Below are positions 56,585-64,000 of a stretch of 64,000 nt of DNA, piece by piece. The stretch comes from Eledone cirrhosa (lineage: Eukaryota). The DNA lies in assembly GCA_964016885.1 (NCBI GenBank), contig OZ024744.1, positions 32,364,001 through 32,428,000 on the forward strand. Direction: 5' to 3'. The translations under genes and the position numbers were made by a program. The notes below the pieces were generated by a model. It did not search any database. It was given only the letters and a program-made list of their open reading frames with translations, and had not been told where the DNA came from. Each line of letters opens with the position of its first letter. The first letter of the stretch is position 1.

Positions 56585-59500
56585 GGTGTCGTCTGTTCTA
56601 CAGTGTGGATGTAATTCACTTCGCGCAGAATTTCTGTTCAAATTTATTGCGGAAATTTTGTAAGTTCAAATTTAATTTTGATACTATTGTGTAGTCTGAA
56701 CTGTCAGGCGGTGGGTCAGCTCATCTTTACCCCTCCTAGAGTTGAAAAACCCGTTTTTTTTTAATTTTGTGGCAAAAAAAATTTCAATCGTCTGACAGAA
56801 ATGTTAAACGAAGCGAACGAAAATAGTGGTGCAGGGACAGCAGTAAGAGTTGTAAGCTCGCACGCTTTAGTCCCCCCCTTCCTTCCCAACTAACGTCATA
56901 GAGAAGGAAGGAAAAAATAAAATAAAAACAGACGAATCTGCGGAGAAAAATGACGAAAACACAAATCTGGACATGGATTCAAACAATGGAAAAAAAAAAA
57001 TTTGAAAAATTGCATGACAATATTAATACCACAAACAAAGACACAACAAACACAAAAATAACATTTGAAAACAACATCATAACAGAAAGCAAAGCAGACG
57101 ACAATGTCAACAAGATTTCATTTGCACAAACAACAAAGAAATCTTTGACATATATACCTGAAAATATTTCAAATGTGGCACGAAGAATCACAGACGCCAA
57201 ACAATACATAAGTGAAGGAGAGAATGGTATTTTATCGGTAAAAATGCCTCAAGAACTCACCAAAGACATTGAAAGTCGAACGGTCGTATTACGCACCATC
57301 AACAACAGTTCAAAAAAACCTGAACAGCCAACTCAAGCAGATATCAAAACAGTACTCACAGAAGTACTTAATGAAACCACTTTCATAAGAAAAGACAGAC
57401 TGTATGGAAGCCTAGCAATTATCATGAAGAACGAATCGGCGGCAAAAAAATGTGCTTTGTCACCGATTCGTTCGAAAAATTTTACCTTTTATCCATCTTA
57501 TATGGGAAAAGAACTCAACGCATATGGCTGGATGCAATGATGCCATATGTGGACTACTGCTGGCTCATAGCTGGCTTCATCGATCCAGTGAACGACAACG
57601 TGATTTCCATTGGGAAAACCACAGGCAATGCGTTCAGTGGAACAGGTATAGAGCTGGTAGTGCAAATGAAGCCTGAAAGCAACGCCCAAATACCCGACAG
57701 AATCCTATTAGAGGGCCACGGGTATATAAACATTAGCGTGAAGGGGAGAAGGCCGTCCTGTCATATCTGTGCAGGAAGAGGGCACCTGAAGGCCGCTTGT
57801 CCCCAACTCAACAAAAAGAAAACCCTGCTACCAACACCAGCTCCACCACCACAACAGTTAAACAAACAACAAAACTCAGTCCCACCCAACCCGTCCCTCA
57901 GTAAAACTATACTACCACCACAACACAAACAGTCACAACACATTACCCCAAAACAAAATACAGGCCCACCGAACCCCTCACTCAATAAAACAACACAACC
58001 ACCGCAGACACAACACACAACACAGACTAACATAGTGACATCCCTCTCCCCCACAAAGAAAACCAACACGGAAACATTACCAGCAAACATACCTTTTCCC
58101 TCCAACACTGAAGATAACCCAACGAATTCGGAGGAAGAAACGGAGTCCTTCAGACAGATTAAAAGGAAAAAAAGAAAACATGTGCAAAACACACAAGGCC
58201 AAACAACCCCCACCCAAATCTCAACACAATCCAACAAAACAGAAAACACCCCTCCAGCAACAAACAAAACCAAACCTGCCCCTCCCCTCTTCGAAACACT
58301 CACACCATCCGAAAAGAAGACATTACACTATACTTACATCAACAGAAACAATAATAAATTAAATGAGCTCATAAACAATAATCCTTCGGTACAAACCGAC
58401 GGTGTAAACTTTGTTTCTTCAGAAAACTACCCACATTTAAAATTAATAAAGATCCCAATGAACCTCTACCAAAAACTAAAAAAAGGATTTTAAGGAGGAC
58501 GTAGGACCACCCTCTGTCAAACCCATAAACCGCGTCCTACTAAAAAGCTTTCCCCCTCCCCTTCCCCTCCCCAACACAACTCCATACACCCCAACCCCAC
58601 CACACACTGACGACCCCACACCACCACAAGACACCCCTTCACCCAACACCCCCGACCCCATGGAAGTCGTGCGACCCGAACCCCGGGAAGCGGAAAGGTA
58701 GGTCTCTACACTCTCCTTTTGCTCTGCCGCCCACATGGATGTGTTAAGAGTAGGATGTTTGAATGCACGTGGCCTGGGCTCAACTTGGAAGCAAGCAAAG
58801 CTTCTAAATGACCTCAGGTCATGTGGTATAAATGTAATGGTTATCTGTGAGACTCGGATCAGCGTCGTGCGGCAGCTGGCCCCTACCTTCGATGACTTTG
58901 AGATGCATGCATCTCTCTGTCAACCTGGAGGTGGGGGTGGGGTTGTCGTACTGCTGCAAAAACACCTGGGTCTTGCCGTACAGGTTGTGCACTCGGACCC
59001 GGAGGGTCGTTTGTTGGTGCTAGACGTTGGCAGTAGTGAAGGTGCGGCCTTAAGACTGGTCGCCGTCTACTCCTCTTTCGGAGCTGAACGGCCCGTTTTC
59101 TTCCAGCGTTTGGAGACTTTTCTGGGAACGTCGCTTTCCCTGCTTCTAGCGGGGATTGGAATGACATCCTAGATGCTCGTTGGGACTATGCAGGAGCATG
59201 TCCTAATAGAGGCGGGTGTAACAGCCTCAAGGGGTTACTCGACCGTTTTAACTTGGTCGATAGATATCGACTAGATTTTCCAACTGTGCCTACCTGGACT
59301 TGGAGAAACCACAGTGGTCAATCTAGATCGTACTTAGATAAATTCTTAGTTAGAAGTAAGGATAGGGACATATTAAGCTGTCCAGAAATGCGCACGGTTG
59401 GCTACACGGATCACAAATTAGTGACCTGCGTAGTCAATCTCGAGAAAACACATAAACAGGGTCCCGGTTACTGGAAACTTAATTTGTCTTTACCGGCAAA

Positions 59501-62389
59501 AGAGACTCACAGAAACCGGATTAGCAGATTAGTTAAGGAGAGGTTGACGGGTGCAATCGTCAACAACCGATGGTGGGCATCTCTCAAAAGAGAGATTAGA
59601 ACAGAATCAATAAGTTATAGCAAGATGTTAGCTGCTGATAGGAATAGAAACGAGAAAGAATTAACAGGTAAATTAGAAGAGGCAATCAAGAGCGAAGATG
59701 TGGCCAGAGTGCTGGCATCGAGGACGGCCTTGAACCAGCTTTTCGATGCAAAGCACGAAGGCTGCGTCATTCGAAGTAAAATACGTGCTCTAGGTAATGA
59801 GGGGGCCAAAGCCGTTGGCTGGGCCCGCGTGACAGAAGCTAAGAGTGGAAATCGATCCAACATCCGGTCGTTGCAAGACGAAGATGGACAGGTGATCCGG
59901 GAGCCTAAGCAGATGTGCGAGGCCTTTCAAAGGCACTTTGCCCGATTGTTCGGGGGAGGCGAGGGTCCAGGCGGGGACGTGGATTTCGGTCCATACCTCG
60001 ACGGCCTGCCGCGTCTCTCCAGCGAAGAGGCAGAGTACTGCGAGGTACCAATCTCGGCTGATGAGATCGGAGATGCGCTGAGCCAATGCAGCAGACGCAA
60101 ATCTCCAGGTCTCGATGGTATACCTTACGAACTTTATTTAGCAATGCCGGTCTTCTTTTCCGAACTCCTCGAAGCGGTCTACTGCAATTGACAGCAGAAC
60201 GGGAGAATTCCTTGTTCTGTAGCCAAGGGCGTAGTCACGCTGGTGAGGAAGGACGAGAACAAGGGAGATAGTATAAACAATTTTCGGCCCATAACCCTGC
60301 TAAACACAGAGTTAAAGATTTTGGCCAAGGTAATAGCAAAGAGGTTGGCGCTTGTCGTGGGTGGCCTGGTGGGAGATGCGCAGACATGTGCTATCCCATC
60401 CAGGTCCATTCACGATAACCTCCACCTAATGCGATACATCATAGAGAGGGTTAGCAACAAACCCGGCTTCGGTGGGGCCCTGATCAACTTGGATCAATCT
60501 AAGGCCTTCGATAGGGTCGACCATGGTTACCTGGATGCGGTGCTAGCGGCGGCTGGGTTCGGTCCTGTTTTCAGAGGCTGGATCACTGCCTTACATAGCA
60601 ACCACATCTGTTCTAGGATCAAGGTGAACGGCTACCTTTCGAAGCCGTTCGAAATCACACGATCCATTCGACAGGGGTGCCCTCTCTCCTCCCTTCTGTA
60701 CGTATTGACTCTCGAGCCTTTACTGAGGAAGTTGGAGTTGTTGCAGGGTATCCCCCTGGAACCAGGATTGAGCAAAGCGGTGTCGGCCTACGCCGATGAC
60801 GTAACAGTAATGGTATCGACCGACTCGGAGATCGAGGCGATCGGTACCTTACTGGAGGATTACGAAAGGTTGTCAGGAGCGAAACTGAACCGGGAAAAAA
60901 TCCATCGGGCTGCAACTCGGAACGTGGAGAGGCAGACCGATGCCTCCCGACGGTGTCGTCGGACACTGGACGGAGGGCCCGGTAAAGTTGCTTGGGGTCT
61001 GGTTTGGACCGGACCTCCAGGTGGAAAAGAACTGGAACGAGGTTACGAACAAGGTGTTTGCACTAACCCAGAAATGGGCCAAGTGTAAGCTGTCCCTAAA
61101 AGGGCGGGCGGAGGTGGCGAACATTTACATAGCGTCCGTCACTTACTACCGCCTGACTGTCGTGCCTTGCCCTAAGGAAACACTCACCACCATGGAACGC
61201 ATGCTCTTCCAATTTCTTTGGAAGAAGCGCCCTCCTATGGTGAGAAGATCCATCTGCTGCCAACAACCTTCGAAAGGAGGGCTGGGGATGCCGTGGTTGA
61301 TGATGCGTAGGCACGCATTAAGGCTACGGCACCTACAGGCATTCCTCACTGGTCAACCGGTGTGGGCTCCGTTCGTGAAACGAGCCTTTCCGAGACTCGT
61401 CTCGCTCACCGAGCTGCAGTCCTGGGTCAAGCAAAGATCCGGAAAACTGGGAGACTGGCACACTGAGTGTTCTCAGGCGCTCAGGGCTCTCTGGCAAGCG
61501 GGCCATGCCGTCGGTGGAGAATCCACCTCATCATTCTATAGAGGGCTGGTGGCTAGCCGGGGCGATGACACCCTTGGAGAGTCGCTGGACATGGAAGAGG
61601 ACGAACTGGCCAGCCTGTTCGGTAGGACTTTCGGCCCGGGACCAATGGACAACTTCCAGAAGTCACTAGCCTGGCAGTGCTACCGGGGGGCTCTACCCGT
61701 TCGAGAGAGGCTCTACAGACATGGGCGCCCGGGCAGGGATCACTCAAAAAAGATTTGCCCTAGATGCGTGCGTCACGAAGAAACCGTTGCGCACGCATTG
61801 GTACAATGTCCGGGCGTGGCTGATCTGTGGGGCTACGCCGAACGACTGCTGTCGCGGGTGGCGCCGATTCAATTGACCGCCGAGTCCGTGATGACAATCA
61901 AACCGCCTCCCCTCTTCACAAAGGAAGCAAAGGCGGTTTTTCTGTGCGTAATAGCCATGTTGAAAGAGGTTGTTTGGTGGACACGTTTGAAACGTCTGAG
62001 ATCAGGCAACTTCCTCTCTGGCCATAGTCTGGTCTACTTCTTCCGATATCCCTTCGGAAGAAGGATAAGAATGGAGAGAGAGGTGCTTGGCCACAGGCAG
62101 TTTTATGAAAGGTGGGTGATAGTGGCGAGAATGGCTCGTGTAAATGGGCCTTCTCTGTATACCATCCTGTAGGTAGAGAAATAAAGGAGAGGGGAGCACC
62201 TTCTCCATGTGCTCCCCGGGCAAAGGATTGCACACTTTTTCGGGGGTGTGTGCAACCCCCATCACGTCCCCTCCCTTTTGTGGTTATTTTCGATTATTTT
62301 CATTTTATACTCTTTCTACTCGATTGTATGTAAACTCCCCCTTTGTATTTGTCCCTTCTTTTTATGCCTTTATGGTAAATAAAGAAATA

Positions 62390-62442
<53 letters not shown>

Positions 62443-62449
62443 CTCTATC
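56585..62449 (+). mobile_element. Full-length decayed L1/Tx1 LINE copy D (ORF1 about 56801-58701, ORF2 58735-62172), (TATC)n tail 62390-62449
   Basis: CHICAGRGHLKAAC knuckle; full APE-RT-zinc finger with a few frameshifts and stops. Confidence 0.94.
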
Positions 62450-64000
62450 AGTCGTGTGTCACTTCGCGGAGAAGTTTCCGTTAATTTATGTAAGGAAAAA
62501 ACGTGAGTTTTTAGTTCAATTTTATATCATTGTGTAACTTGACCACCCGTCTGGACCTTCAGGTGGTGGGTCAACTCATTTTCGCCCCTTCAGGGGCGGA
62601 ATATCCATTTAAAAAATTTTTCTCCATCGAATCTTGGAAAAAATATTGTAAAATTTTGATTACGTTATGAACGCTGCGTCCAACGATAATGGTGGTGGAG
62701 AGGCGGTAAGACTACAAAGCTCGCAGTCAACAACGTCTTCTTCACTAGATACTATAGAGATGGAAAGACAAAATGAAAATAAAAAAACGAATTCACATCC
62801 AAACAACACAAATGACACCAAACAGCTCAATGACAACAAAAATAACAGCAAAACCAATAATGATGATAAAAGCAACAATGATAACAACAACAAAGAAAAA
62901 AATAAAGACAACGCCAATAACACCAGCATCAAAGACAACAACAACACCAAGGAAAATACGGATGATACCAACATCGGTGACAACAAGAATAACAACAAGA
63001 ATAACAACAATAATGACAACACCACCAATACGGATTCCACAAAGAAACCAAAAATCTCCTTTGCGGAGAAAGTTCAAAAGAAAGAACAATTGATATATCT
63101 CGACATAACAAATGCTGAACACCTTTTAAAGGACGCTAAGAGATATGTCACCTTCGAAAAAAATGGTGCTTTCAGCATCAATTCTCCGGTAGAAATTCGC
63201 AAGGAAACTGCTCTCAAAACGATAGTTTTTAGGACAGTTTCCAATTCTACCCGAAAACCAGTCCAATTGTCACAGAAAGATATTGAACTGGTTTTCAAAG
63301 ATTCAATGAATGATATTGCATTCATTCAAAGAAGCAAACTTTTTGGGAGTATTTCGGTACTGATGAAGGATCAATTGACGGCCCAAAATTACTCTGTGTC
63401 GCCAATTGTATCCAACCTGTACACCTTTTTCCCTACATACATGGGAAAAAGGACACAAAAGATCAGAATCACAAGTGTCACACCAAAGGTGAACATATGG
63501 TGGATACTGTGCGGCTTCATCAATTTTGATGAAGACAGAATACTGTCAGTAGGCAAGTCCCCCAGAGATGTATTCAATGGGACTAGCATTGAAGTTCTGG
63601 TGCAAATGAGCCCAGAGCGAATAGCTATGATCCCACAGCGTGTACTCCTGGACGGACTTACCTACATAAACCTTTCGGTTGAGGGTAGGCGGCCTTCATG
63701 TTACCATTGCTTTAGCAGGGGTCACCTGAGGGCTTCCTGTCCTAAACTAATGAACCAAAAAAAGGCTCTTCTGCCAACACCCATCAAAACAACACAACCA
63801 CCAACACCACCACTACAACAACAACACCAACACACAAAAATAACCACAACAAACACAGTCCCACCCAACCTCACTCCACCTAAAACCACTGCAAAATCAC
63901 ATACAGACACAACAGCTCCCCAAGACATTCCCCTCCCCAATCACACAGACGATACAACAGATGAGGCTATCTCGCCATCACCCAGTGAAGACGAGGGAGA
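62450..64000 (+). mobile_element. L1/Tx1 LINE copy E, 5' part (runs off the window)
   Basis: 5' UTR shares CACTTCGCG.AGAA.TT and CAGG.GGTGGGTCA.CTCAT with copy D. Confidence 0.92.
62667..64000 (+). CDS. Copy E ORF1 (gag-like, CCHC knuckle), open to the window end
   Basis: Manual translation MNAASNDNGGG...KISFAEKV...FFPTYMGKRTQKI...SVEGRRPSCYHCFSRGHLRASCP with no stop seen; absent from the ORF track, presumably because it has no stop in the window. Confidence 0.85.
   Translation, partial: MNAASNDNGGGEAVRLQSSQSTTSSSLDTIEMERQNENKKTNSHPNNTNDTKQLNDNKNNSKTNNDDKSNNDNNNKEKNKDNANNTSIKDNNNTKENTDDTNIGDNKNNNKNNNNNDNTTNTDSTKKPKISFAEKVQKKEQLIYLDITNAEHLLKDAKRYVTFEKNGAFSINSPVEIRKETALKTIVFRTVSNSTRKPVQLSQKDIELVFKDSMNDIAFIQRSKLFGSISVLMKDQLTAQNYSVSPIVSNLYTFFPTYMGKRTQKIRITSVTPKVNIWWILCGFINFDEDRILSVGKSPRDVFNGTSIEVLVQMSPERIAMIPQRVLLDGLTYINLSVEGRRPSCYHCFSRGHLRASCPKLMNQKKALLPTPIKTTQPPTPPLQQQHQHTKITTTNTVPPNLTPPKTTAKSHTDTTAPQDIPLPNHTDDTTDEAISPSPSEDEG

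Noticed and set aside
49387-64000. Telomeric retrotransposon array (HeT-A/TART or SART/TRAS type)
   Set aside because: No TTAGGG or TTAGG repeats, and chromosome position is unknown; the linkers are TATC.

Overview
Eukaryotic, gene-free, repeat-saturated DNA. The SINE family and dense (TA)n/(AAC)n microsatellites resemble a coleoid cephalopod (octopus-like) genome, but that assignment is inference only. No host protein-coding gene is supported. Contents: (1) a 65-bp satellite (1-4777) and a 93-bp tandem repeat (21990-23291), both built from the same coding segment of an RTE/Expander-type LINE; (2) three decayed Penelope-like elements (RT and/or GIY-YIG) plus about a dozen short pseudo-LTR-like modules in (TA)n, most of them fold-back inverted repeats and most carrying minimal type-I hammerhead ribozyme motifs; (3) five L1/Tx1-clade LINE copies, one in (ATT)n and four stacked head-to-tail through (TATC)n tails (49387-64000); (4) R4/Dong-like and HERO-like restriction-endonuclease retrotransposon remnants, tRNA-derived SINEs (two with target-site duplications), two Helitron-type 3' ends and large compound trinucleotide arrays. 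All motif, pairing and period calls were read by eye and need computational confirmation.
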